18,376 bases of DNA from Chlamydiota bacterium (GTDB lineage Bacteria > Auribacterota > JACPWU01), in assembly GCA_016196885.1 (NCBI GenBank), contig JACPWU010000033.1, forward strand, positions 1-18,376. The letters are read 5' to 3'. Under the pieces are notes generated by a model that saw only the letters and a list, made by a program, of their open reading frames with translations, had not been told where the DNA came from and did not search any database. How positions within the stretch are numbered: position 1 is the stretch's first letter; each line of letters opens with the position of its first letter. The position numbers and the translations under genes were made by a program. Of the stretch, positions 7,141 to 14,166 are shown in pieces.

Positions 7141-8425
7141 AGCTGGACTTAAAGTCCTTCTTTTAGATGGGAGAGAAAAAATTGGGGCTAAAATTTTAAT
7201 GTCGGGTGGGACGCGTTGCAACATAACGAATCGGGATGTCTCTGAAAGAGATTTTGGTTCAGAGCAAAACAGGGTCGTTCGAGACGTGTTGCGCAGTTTT
7301 ACCTCAGAGGCTTCCTTGAGATTTTTTGAGCAATGGGGCGTCCATGTTTTGATGGAAGAAGGCGGAAAATATTTTCCGGATACCCACTCTGCAAAAACAG
7401 TTCTAGACGGCCTGATTCAGGGATGTTCTAAAAAAGGCGTTCAGCTCAAAACAAATCAAAAAGTTAGCGAAATTCAATTTCGAGAAAATCACTTTAAGGC
7501 ATATGCGCTTGGCTCAAGTATTCTTGATTCGTCAAGCGTAGTCGCCCGATTTATCGGGCAATCCATGCATGGCCCCATAAATGGGGCGACTACAAATGTG
7601 CATATGCCTAATCTTTTTTTGATTTCAGGAAAAGGATTTTCTTATGAAGCCAAAACCGTGGTTCTGTGTACCGGGGGACTGTCCTATCCTACGACAGGCA
7701 GTGACGGCGTTGGATATGAAATTGCAAAATCTTTTGGCCATTCTCTTGTTTTGACCACTCCGGCTCTTACGCCACTTTTGACAAATGATTCAGCTTGGAA
7801 AGCCTTAATGGGTGTGTCCCTGCCCGTGAAACTCACTCTTTCTCTCCATGATCAGAAAAAAGCCTCTTTTGAAGGGTCCTTTCTTTTTACACATTTCGGT
7901 TTTAGCGGAACGCCGGTCCTGAACATCAGCCGTCATTGGGTTCGTGAGCCCGATAAAAATGCTCTAAAGATGATGGCCAATTTTCTCCCTTCTGAAAGTC
8001 AGGAAGGTTTCCGTCAAAGTTTTGTTTTGGCGGCTCAAAAATCTTCATCCAAAACCCTGAAAAATTTTCTTTCAGAAAAACTTCCCGAACGATTTGTCGA
8101 AACTTTTTTAAAGAAAAACAAGTTAGCTGAAAATTTAGTTTTGAATCAATTAAAACGCGAAGCACGGGAAAGTTTGATTCAATCTCTTTTTTATTATTCT
8201 TTGCCAGTGACAGGTGTTTATGGTTATCAAAAGGCAGAAGTGACAGCTGGAGGCGTGGATCTACTTGAAGTTGATCCAAAAACATTAGAATCCAAGCTTC
8301 AGCCTGGCCTCTTCTTTGCCGGAGAAATCTTAGACGTAGACGGCCGCATCGGCGGATTTAATTTCCAATGGGCCTGGTCCAGTGGGGTGGTGGCGGGAAG
8401 AGGTGTGGTGAAGAAAATGCTTTAG
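7073..8425 (+). CDS. BaiN/HI0933-family NAD(FAD)-utilizing flavoprotein, carrying an in-frame palindromic element
   Basis: DVAIIGAGAAGL dinucleotide fold, MSGGTRCNITN, VVLCTGGLSYPTTGSDGVGY, GFSG, GGVDL..., GEILDVDGRIGGFNFQWAWSSG, all typical of the HI0933 family. ATG 7073 has an AGGAAA RBS; the track start 7049 is the alternative. Confidence 0.85.
   Translation: MIWDVAIIGAGAAGLMTAITCGEAGLKVLLLDGREKIGAKILMSGGTRCNITNRDVSERDFGSEQNRVVRDVLRSFTSEASLRFFEQWGVHVLMEEGGKYFPDTHSAKTVLDGLIQGCSKKGVQLKTNQKVSEIQFRENHFKAYALGSSILDSSSVVARFIGQSMHGPINGATTNVHMPNLFLISGKGFSYEAKTVVLCTGGLSYPTTGSDGVGYEIAKSFGHSLVLTTPALTPLLTNDSAWKALMGVSLPVKLTLSLHDQKKASFEGSFLFTHFGFSGTPVLNISRHWVREPDKNALKMMANFLPSESQEGFRQSFVLAAQKSSSKTLKNFLSEKLPERFVETFLKKNKLAENLVLNQLKREARESLIQSLFYYSLPVTGVYGYQKAEVTAGGVDLLEVDPKTLESKLQPGLFFAGEILDVDGRIGGFNFQWAWSSGVVAGRGVVKKML
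7497..7609 (+). mobile_element. MITE/REP-like palindromic element, copy A, inserted in-frame in the flavoprotein gene
   Basis: Terminal inverted repeats AGGCATATGC (7497-7506) and GCATATGCCT (7600-7609). The internal core 7538-7593 is GTAGTCGCC...GGCGACTAC. It is identical to the core at 16084-16128 except for one substitution and an 11-nt insertion that creates the palindrome CCATGCATGG. Confidence 0.7.
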
Positions 8426-8429
8426 CTTA

Positions 8430-8942
8430 ATGTCCAAAATCATTTCTCGTCAATTAAAACTTAAATTAGGCAAACAGCGTTTAGACTTGCTGGTCGCTCA
8501 TGGCAAGGAATTGTGTCTGATTGAATTAAAAGTAACAAGATTTTCCAATGAGTATATCTCCCAGGTGAGTGATTACAGGGATGAGCTTACCAAACTTCAA
8601 ATGCAGGGCGAGCGAGTCGATGGCCGACTGCGAGTTTTTTTACTGGTAACTGGATTAAGTAATGAAGACAAAAAACTATGCAACTTACACAACATAGAAA
8701 TTATTGAATATAAACCTATAGATGTTTTGAAGCAATATTTTCAGGACTTGTCGACTGTTGCACCATTTTTGAAAATTAAACCAAATGATTATGGTGTTTT
8801 CAATATTGGTCTGATAAACAGGGTCTTGAATCAACTGAGTCTTGGGAACTCAAACGAAGAAACACTTTCATCAATGACAGACTTATCGAGCGTAAGATCC
8901 ATTTTATACCAGTACAGTCTTTGGAATTTATTCTATGGTTGA
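8430..8942 (+). CDS. PD-(D/E)xK nuclease-fold protein resembling the NucS/DUF91 catalytic domain, with an uncharacterised C-terminal region
   Basis: RLDLLVAHGKELCLIELKV (D...ExK), followed by QVSDY and LRVFLLVTG...NIEIIEY, matches the NucS C-domain strand order. Only about 18 aa precede the catalytic Asp, so it may be 5'-truncated. It starts 4 nt after the upstream stop. AT-rich. Confidence 0.5.
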   Translation: MSKIISRQLKLKLGKQRLDLLVAHGKELCLIELKVTRFSNEYISQVSDYRDELTKLQMQGERVDGRLRVFLLVTGLSNEDKKLCNLHNIEIIEYKPIDVLKQYFQDLSTVAPFLKIKPNDYGVFNIGLINRVLNQLSLGNSNEETLSSMTDLSSVRSILYQYSLWNLFYG

Positions 8943-9231
8943 AAGTGCCTTCATTTTGTCAAGAAACAGTTATCTCATCAGTTTTGAGGACTTGATAGAA
9001 ATGTTTAAAATAATCAGTGGCAAAAGGTCTGAATGGAAGGCTAAAAAATCTCAGAGCACTGCGACGTATACTTTTCTGAATTTTGCCATTGATTTAGGCT
9101 TACTCGGTAAAATTGGAAGACAAATAGTTATCACGCCCGCTGGCTTCAGATTTATATTAATGTTGCAGTTACACAAAAGCATTGAGATGATTGAGTCGCT
9201 TTCGCTTAGACAAATGGAGGATTCACGATGA
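8935..9231 (+). CDS. hypothetical protein, possible winged-helix region
   Basis: 98 aa. 8-nt overlap (ATGGTTGA) with the upstream ORF. TYTFLNFAIDLGLLGKIGRQIVITPAG resembles a wHTH recognition helix plus wing. This frame is open from 8896, so it could be the frameshifted continuation of 8430-8942. Confidence 0.4.
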   Translation: MVESAFILSRNSYLISFEDLIEMFKIISGKRSEWKAKKSQSTATYTFLNFAIDLGLLGKIGRQIVITPAGFRFILMLQLHKSIEMIESLSLRQMEDSR

Positions 9232-9494
9232 GACAGGCTTTTTTGAAAATGGAATGGAATATCTTAAATAATGAAATGTTCACCAATAAACCTAAAAGAG
9301 AACCCTTTTCAGAGAAAGTTATAAAAAGGCGAGAGCTGCTTTTATTAGCTCAGCACCTACTCTCAGATATTGAATATGGAAAATCCAGTAAATTTAGGAG
9401 ATTCAAAAGTGAGCTATACCAAAGAACAATGAAAATTTACTTTTCTTGGTATAAAAAGCACGACATCAATGGACATATCATTTGGGAAAAGTAA
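9228..9494 (+). CDS. hypothetical small basic helical protein
   Basis: 88 aa. ATGA overlap with the upstream ORF and a strong GGAGGA RBS 7 nt upstream. No recognisable motif. Confidence 0.45.
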   Translation: MRQAFLKMEWNILNNEMFTNKPKREPFSEKVIKRRELLLLAQHLLSDIEYGKSSKFRRFKSELYQRTMKIYFSWYKKHDINGHIIWEK

Positions 9495-9615
9495 AACGAT
9501 TTACAGCTTTAGGAAAAGGTTAGCCCCTCACCACTATCCTTTCAATTCTTTTTCGTCTGGTACCTCCAAGATCCATAATTGCTGTATGGAAGGTGTATAA
9601 AAATATTACATTACA

Positions 9616-9644
9616 TTGACAGATTTAAATACATTTGCTATGAA
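9616..9644 (+). promoter_or_regulatory. sigma70-like promoter reading through element B toward the XRE/Panacea gene
   Basis: TTGACA (9616-9621), 17 nt, TATGAA (9639-9644). The -10 hexamer is contributed by the left end of the repeat element. Confidence 0.3.
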
Positions 9645-9767
9645 AGTGAGGCTCATTTTGTAGTCGCCCCATTTATGGGGCTGCCCGATGAATCGGGCGA
9701 CTACAAAAAAAGCATGATTGGGAGAACTTTCATCGCACGCGATGATCTCGAAAGATCATTGAAATTG
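9635..9767 (-). mobile_element. 133-nt MITE/REP-like palindromic element, copy B
   Basis: Reverse complement of 16021-16153 with 128/133 identity and no indels. Core 9660-9704. Arms TGCTATGAAAGT / ACTTTCATCGCA pair. An extra hairpin ATGATC-TCGAAA-GATCAT lies at the right end. Confidence 0.85.
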
Positions 9768-9790
9768 ATATAAGTGAGATGTGAAGTGCC

Positions 9791-10579
9791 ATGGATAAAA
9801 TTTCTCTTAGACTGGGTCAAAAAATTAAAGAGCTTAGATCTCAATCAGGTTTGAGTCAGCAAGATCTTGCGGATGAGCTTGGAGTTCCTAGACCTTCCAT
9901 CTCTCGAATGGAGGCTGGGGAGAGAAAAATATCGGCGGAGGAATTGATAAAACTGGCTCATTTATTTAATGTTTCAGTTGAAAATCTGCTGAATTTGGAA
10001 AAATCTTCAGAGGTGGTTTTAGAGAGAGGAAAAAGGAAGGAGGGTGAGGGCATGAAAACTCAGATGAGAATCAGTGTGCCTCAAAAAAATGTTTCTAAGT
10101 TTAAAGAAGTGTTGCTGTACATTTTAAATAAAGTTGGCTCAAAACCAAATATAGGTGAAACGGTTATTTATAAGCTTCTTTATTTTATCGACTTTGATTT
10201 TTATGAGAAATATGAAGAACAACTGATTGGGGCAACCTATATTAAAAATCATCATGGGCCGACCCCCGTTGAGTTTATAAAAATTGTTGAAGAGATGATT
10301 CAATCAGGACAGGTAGAGAAGGTGAAGAGCGAGTTTTTTAAATATCCTCAGACTAAATATTTACCGCATAAGAAGGCGGATCTTACCAAACTGAAGGCTC
10401 ATGAGATTGAATCCATTGATGAGGTCCTCAACAAGCTTTCAGATATGACTGCAACGCAAATCAGTGATTATTCCCATGGAGATATTCCGTGGATTACGGC
10501 CGAAGATCAAGCAGTGATTAACTACGAGTCTGTTTTTTACCGCGCGCCCCAATATTCTGTTCGAGATTACGATTTATGA
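9791..10579 (+). CDS. XRE-family HTH fused to a Panacea (DUF4065, SocA/PanA-like) antitoxin-type domain
   Basis: N-terminus [43 protein letters not shown] is a Cro/C1-type HTH. The C-terminal [32 protein letters not shown]... matches the DUF4065/Panacea pattern. Confidence 0.8.
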   Translation: MDKISLRLGQKIKELRSQSGLSQQDLADELGVPRPSISRMEAGERKISAEELIKLAHLFNVSVENLLNLEKSSEVVLERGKRKEGEGMKTQMRISVPQKNVSKFKEVLLYILNKVGSKPNIGETVIYKLLYFIDFDFYEKYEEQLIGATYIKNHHGPTPVEFIKIVEEMIQSGQVEKVKSEFFKYPQTKYLPHKKADLTKLKAHEIESIDEVLNKLSDMTATQISDYSHGDIPWITAEDQAVINYESVFYRAPQYSVRDYDL

Positions 10580-10692
10580 GATCCGTCGCAATAAGGCTGA
10601 TTTTTAGATTTTCCGCAGCGGCACCCATGATACGTTCCAGGTTCTAGATTTAAAACAGCGGGTCTTTTCGCTGCAATCGTAGGTTCACTCAT
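10567..10692 (-). CDS. small CDGSH-type [2Fe-2S] domain protein (41 aa, probably 3'-truncated); not in the ORF track
   Basis: Hand translation of the minus strand: [41 protein letters not shown]. It matches C-X-C-X2-S-X3-P-X-C-D-G-S-H exactly. AAGGAGG RBS 5 nt upstream of the ATG (10692-10690). The stop at 10569-10567 comes two residues after the His ligand. Convergent 13-nt overlap with 9791-10579. Confidence 0.65.
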   Translation of the reverse strand: MSEPTIAAKRPAVLNLEPGTYHGCRCGKSKNQPYCDGSHKS

Positions 10693-10901
10693 TTTTCCTC
10701 CTTGTCTTGATGGGAGTGCATCGGAAATCCGGTACTGGCCTTAATGATGTCTTCATTGTGAACGAGCAAGAGGCCATGATGGGTGTTTTGAGGATCATGG
10801 TGCTCACCAAAACTGAAACTGTGCCAGGAATCAAGCCAATGCGTTTGAGTATAAAAACGGTCTTTCGCGCAATGAAGCGTTAAGTTGCTTAACGTTTTCA
10901 T
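10689..10901 (-). pseudogene. pirin N-terminal fragment (truncated cupin)
   Basis: WLDSWHSFSFGEHHDP...[22 protein letters not shown] is the pirin N-domain up to the first two metal-binding His. The ORF then reads KEEK-stop directly into the RBS of the CDGSH gene. The remaining roughly 160-230 aa of a normal pirin are missing. Confidence 0.7.
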
Positions 10902-10939
10902 GTTTTTAATTCTAACATATTTCAGTGTAAGATCATCTC

Positions 10940-10969
10940 TTGATCTTCAAGTGAGGGCCTTGTTATAGT
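10940..10969 (+). promoter_or_regulatory. sigma70-like promoter for rfbC with an overlapping palindrome
   Basis: TTGATC (10940-10945), 18 nt, TATAGT (10964-10969). Palindrome AAGATCA-N5-TGATCTT (10929-10947) overlaps the -35. Confidence 0.3.
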
Positions 10970-10986
10970 GGGCAAGCGAGAAAAAT

Positions 10987-11529
10987 ATGAAATTTACAAG
11001 ATTAAACATTCCCGATGTCATTTTAATTGAGCCCAAGGTTTTTGAGGATAGCCGGGGATTTTTTTATGAGTCTTATCGAGAAGATGTTTTTGCCCAAAAT
11101 GGGATCCCTGAGAAATTTGTTCAGGACAATCATAGTAAATCTCAGAAGGGGACGTTGCGCGGGCTTCATTATCAGATAGAGCCTAGGGCTCAAGGGAAAT
11201 TAGTTCGCGTGGTGAAGGGCGAGGTTTTTGATGTGGCGGTAGACATTCGAAGAGGGTCTAAAACTTTTGGTCAATATGTGGGGCAAATTTTAAGCGAGGA
11301 AAATAAGCAGATGATGTATGTCCCTCCAGGTTTTTCCCATGGCTTTTTGGTATTAAAAGACGGGACAGAATTTGTTTACAAATGTTCTAATTTTTATTCC
11401 GCTTCTCATGAGCGAGGTATTTTGTGGAATGATCCTTCGATTGGGATTGCCTGGCCGAAGCTAGATTGCGATTACATTTTTTCCCAGAAGGATCAAAGGT
11501 GTCCGACCTTGAAAGATGTGCTGCGATGA
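10987..11529 (+). CDS. rfbC: dTDP-4-dehydrorhamnose 3,5-epimerase
   Basis: 180 aa. FEDSRGFFYES, RGLHYQ, KLVRVVKGEVFDVAVDIRRGSKTFG, PPGFSHGF and YKCS..Y are the canonical RmlC blocks. No rfbA/B/D nearby. Confidence 0.9.
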   Translation: MKFTRLNIPDVILIEPKVFEDSRGFFYESYREDVFAQNGIPEKFVQDNHSKSQKGTLRGLHYQIEPRAQGKLVRVVKGEVFDVAVDIRRGSKTFGQYVGQILSEENKQMMYVPPGFSHGFLVLKDGTEFVYKCSNFYSASHERGILWNDPSIGIAWPKLDCDYIFSQKDQRCPTLKDVLR

Positions 11530-12530
11530 AATTTCCCTTTCCACTCACTCCTGAAATTAAATTTGCCTTAGAGGCGGTGCGTAAAGCTTCTCAGCTGACC
11601 GTTGCTGTGCAGAATGAAATGAAGCAATTTTCTTCTCTCCAAAAATCAGATCAGTCTCCTGTGACAGTCGCGGATTTAGCGGCCCAGGCCATTGTGGCAC
11701 ATTTACTGGAAGAAAAATTGCCCCAAGATATTCTGGTGGGTGAAGAAAGTTCCGAAATGTTGGGCCTGGTGGAAAATCGTAACACCCTGGATCAAGTTTT
11801 AGAGCATGTAAAAAGATTTTTTTCACATGCTACATTAGACGGTGTTTGCGATTGGATTGATCGAGGGACCGCAGAGCCCGCCTATCGTTTCTGGACTTTG
11901 GATCCTGTGGATGGAACGAAAGGATTTTTAAGGGGGGATCAATATGCGGTGGCGCTGGCGTTCATTGTAAATGGAAAAGTGGAAATCGGTGTTTTAGGGT
12001 GCCCCAATTTAAAAGAGGCAAAATTTCAGGATGTGGGTGGAGTGGGTTCCTTGGTGATTGCGATTCGGGGAAAAGGTTGTTGGAGTAGCATCTTAAAGAC
12101 GGAACATTTGAGTTTTTTACCTCTTCATGTTTCTGATTGCCGCGAGCCTCGGGATGCGGTGCTCATGCGTTCCTATGATCGGTCTCACACCAATGAAGCC
12201 CAGCTGGAAAAGATCAAGGATGCCCTCCATCTTCAAAAACCGCCTATTCGACTGGACAGTCTCTCAAAATATACAGTTTTGGCCTCTGGAAAGGCAGATC
12301 TCTTTTTTAGGTTGCTTCCGATGGACCGGCCTGATTATCGGGATTATATATGGGATCAAGCGGCGGGCGATTTAATTTTGCAAGAGGCCGGAGGAAAGGT
12401 TACGGATTTAGATGGAAAGGCGCTTGATTATACGGCTGGTAAAAAACTTTTTAACAATCGAGGGGCTTTAGCTTCCAATGGCTTTCTTCATGAGGCGGCC
12501 TTGAAGGCAGTGAAGGAAGAGGGGATATAA
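11526..12530 (+). CDS. 3'(2'),5'-bisphosphate nucleotidase (PAP phosphatase, HAL2/CysQ-type, inositol monophosphatase superfamily)
   Basis: WTLDPVDGTKGFLRGDQYAVALA and WDQAAG motifs. I prefer ATG 11526, which forms an ATGA overlap with the rfbC stop. The track start 11466 would overlap rfbC by 64 nt. Confidence 0.85.
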   Translation: MKFPFPLTPEIKFALEAVRKASQLTVAVQNEMKQFSSLQKSDQSPVTVADLAAQAIVAHLLEEKLPQDILVGEESSEMLGLVENRNTLDQVLEHVKRFFSHATLDGVCDWIDRGTAEPAYRFWTLDPVDGTKGFLRGDQYAVALAFIVNGKVEIGVLGCPNLKEAKFQDVGGVGSLVIAIRGKGCWSSILKTEHLSFLPLHVSDCREPRDAVLMRSYDRSHTNEAQLEKIKDALHLQKPPIRLDSLSKYTVLASGKADLFFRLLPMDRPDYRDYIWDQAAGDLILQEAGGKVTDLDGKALDYTAGKKLFNNRGALASNGFLHEAALKAVKEEGI

Positions 12531-12566
12531 ACTTTCGAATCGTTTGTGAGATGAAAATGGGAGGCA

Positions 12567-14006
12567 TTAAAAAAATATCCATGTCACCAAAATGAAAGAA
12601 GAAACGAGAATGGGTAGGCTGTAGCAGAAAATGTAGCCGAAGAAAGAGGGCATTTTGAAGCCATATTTTTCGGCCATGGATTTGACCATGAAATTAGGGG
12701 CGTTCCCAATATAAGTGTTCGCACCCATAAAAACGGAACCCAAGGAAATCGCCTTTAAATAAGTGTGATTCTCTGTAATGAGTTGGGCAATGGCCATTCT
12801 TTCCGGGACATTGGGATAAAGACGGCCTAGGGAGGTGGAAAGAAAAGTAAGATACGTGGGTGCATTGTCCAAAAAGGAAGAAAGGACGCCTGAGGCCCAG
12901 AAAAAATGGGCAGGACTTTTGACGGCGTGAACGATCATACAGAGAGATCCTTTTTCACCCGCTTCCAGAATCGCAAGAGCCGGGATCATGGTTGTAAAAA
13001 TAGCGCCAAAAAGAATGGCCACTTCATGAATGGGTCCCCATGAAAATTCATTTTCTTTGTGAATGTGCTCTTTCGTGGTAAACAAAGCGCCTGTCAGCAT
13101 CAAAAGTAGAAGAACATCACGCGCTACATTTTCCGGATGAATTTCAAGGCCCTCGATTGTCCAGGCGCCGGGATGCCAAAGCCCCGAAAGAATCACGGCC
13201 AGTAAAGTGCCTCCGAGAAAAAGAAAATTGTGTAATCCTTCTATTTGAATAGGATGTTTTGTATCTGTATGTGATTTTATTTTCACATCCTCTTTGCTCC
13301 AAAAAAAGGTGTCGACTGCAAAATAAATTCCCAGAAGGAGAACACTCAAGAAAAGCATTTCTTTCCAAAGCCTTAAAGTCCAGAGAAACGGGACACCATG
13401 AAGGAAACCTAAAAAGAGAGGCGGATCTCCCAGAGGGGTCAGACATCCGCCGATGTTGGCCACTAAGAAAATGAAAAAAATCACTGTATGCACTTTGTGA
13501 CGACGATGGCGGTTGGCCCGTAGGATGGGGCGAATCATCAACATCGCAGCCCCCGTGGTTCCAATCCAGGAGGCAAGCCCGGTCCTGATGGAGAGCAAGA
13601 CAACATTGGTTTTGGGTGAACCCAGCAAGGTTCCTTTAATGTAAATGCCTCCGCTGATGGTGTAAAGGGTTGCGATCAAAATCATAAAGGGGATATAGTC
13701 TAAAATAGCCGTGTGCAAAAGGCTGTGCAGGGCTTGAGAGCGATAAAAATAAAGGAATGGAATTGCGAGGGTGAGGCTCCAGGCCGCTACAATTTTTGGA
13801 TGATGATGATGCCATACATTCGCTGCCAAAAGAGGAAAGAGGGCGATGGAGAGCAAAACCCCCATAAAAGGGAGAATGCTCCAGGCAGGGAGAAGCTCTC
13901 CCAGATTTTGGCCTGAGCTAGCATCTGCGAAGGCATGAGAAGCGAAAAAAAAGAGTGAGAAAAAGATGCTGAAAGAAATCCGTTTAAGTTTTTTTGTGAG
14001 AAACAT
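12567..14006 (-). CDS. ion-transporter superfamily permease (ArsB/NhaD/CitMHS-like, putative Na+/H+ antiporter type)
   Basis: About 479 aa of polytopic membrane protein with an N-terminal signal-like segment (MFLTKKLKRISFSIFFSLFFFASHAFA). I prefer ATG 14006, preceded by AAGGA; the track start is TTG at 14045. Confidence 0.7.
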   Translation of the reverse strand: MFLTKKLKRISFSIFFSLFFFASHAFADASSGQNLGELLPAWSILPFMGVLLSIALFPLLAANVWHHHHPKIVAAWSLTLAIPFLYFYRSQALHSLLHTAILDYIPFMILIATLYTISGGIYIKGTLLGSPKTNVVLLSIRTGLASWIGTTGAAMLMIRPILRANRHRRHKVHTVIFFIFLVANIGGCLTPLGDPPLFLGFLHGVPFLWTLRLWKEMLFLSVLLLGIYFAVDTFFWSKEDVKIKSHTDTKHPIQIEGLHNFLFLGGTLLAVILSGLWHPGAWTIEGLEIHPENVARDVLLLLMLTGALFTTKEHIHKENEFSWGPIHEVAILFGAIFTTMIPALAILEAGEKGSLCMIVHAVKSPAHFFWASGVLSSFLDNAPTYLTFLSTSLGRLYPNVPERMAIAQLITENHTYLKAISLGSVFMGANTYIGNAPNFMVKSMAEKYGFKMPSFFGYIFCYSLPILVSSFILVTWIFF

Positions 14007-14065
14007 TTCATTTTCCTTAATCTTTGGAATAATTTTGACGCTCAAAGTACCATCTTTAAAAGCAA

Positions 14066-14141
14066 GATCCTTCGCTGTCGCTCAGGATGACAACACTTTT
14101 GCTCGTCATTCTGAGGCCCTGTATTTTAGGGCCGAAGAATC
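14066..14141. repeat. doublet of REP-like palindromes of the GTCATYCTGAG / CTCAGGATGAC type
   Basis: GATCCTTCGCTGTCGCTCAGGATGAC (14066-14091) and GTCATTCTGAGGCCCTGTATTTTAGGGCCGAAGAATC (14105-14141). The second forms a 13-bp interrupted stem followed by TGTTTTT on the + strand. Confidence 0.5.
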
Positions 14142-14166
14142 TGTTTTTAAAAGCAAAATTCTTCAC

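Noticed and set aside
1231-8285. Other short overlapping ORFs in the track (1231-1461, 3932-4180, 4260-4481, 5429-5674, 5465-5677, 6804-7055, 6877-7224, 7926-8285).
   Set aside because: Each lies antisense to or out of frame with a gene that has clear family motifs. None has a recognisable domain or RBS.
9660-9704. Self-cleaving ribozyme (hammerhead-like) reading of the 45-nt three-way-junction core, which contains GATGA.
   Set aside because: The GATGA lies within a hairpin stem/loop, not at the junction. The junction has only one unpaired base. There are no CUGANGA/GAAA core strands and no cleavage-site triplet.
9579-9773. 64-aa ORF immediately upstream of the XRE/Panacea gene, considered as a possible toxin.
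   Set aside because: It is composed almost entirely of repeat element B. In the inverted copy C the equivalent frame is closed by a stop just upstream, and the five differences between the copies show no coding-like bias (3 nonsynonymous, 2 synonymous).
11466-11525. N-terminal extension of the PAP phosphatase ORF overlapping rfbC by 64 nt.
   Set aside because: ATG 11526 forms an ATGA stop/start overlap with rfbC, and the conserved N-terminus begins there. The extension is just the rfbC 3' end read in another frame.
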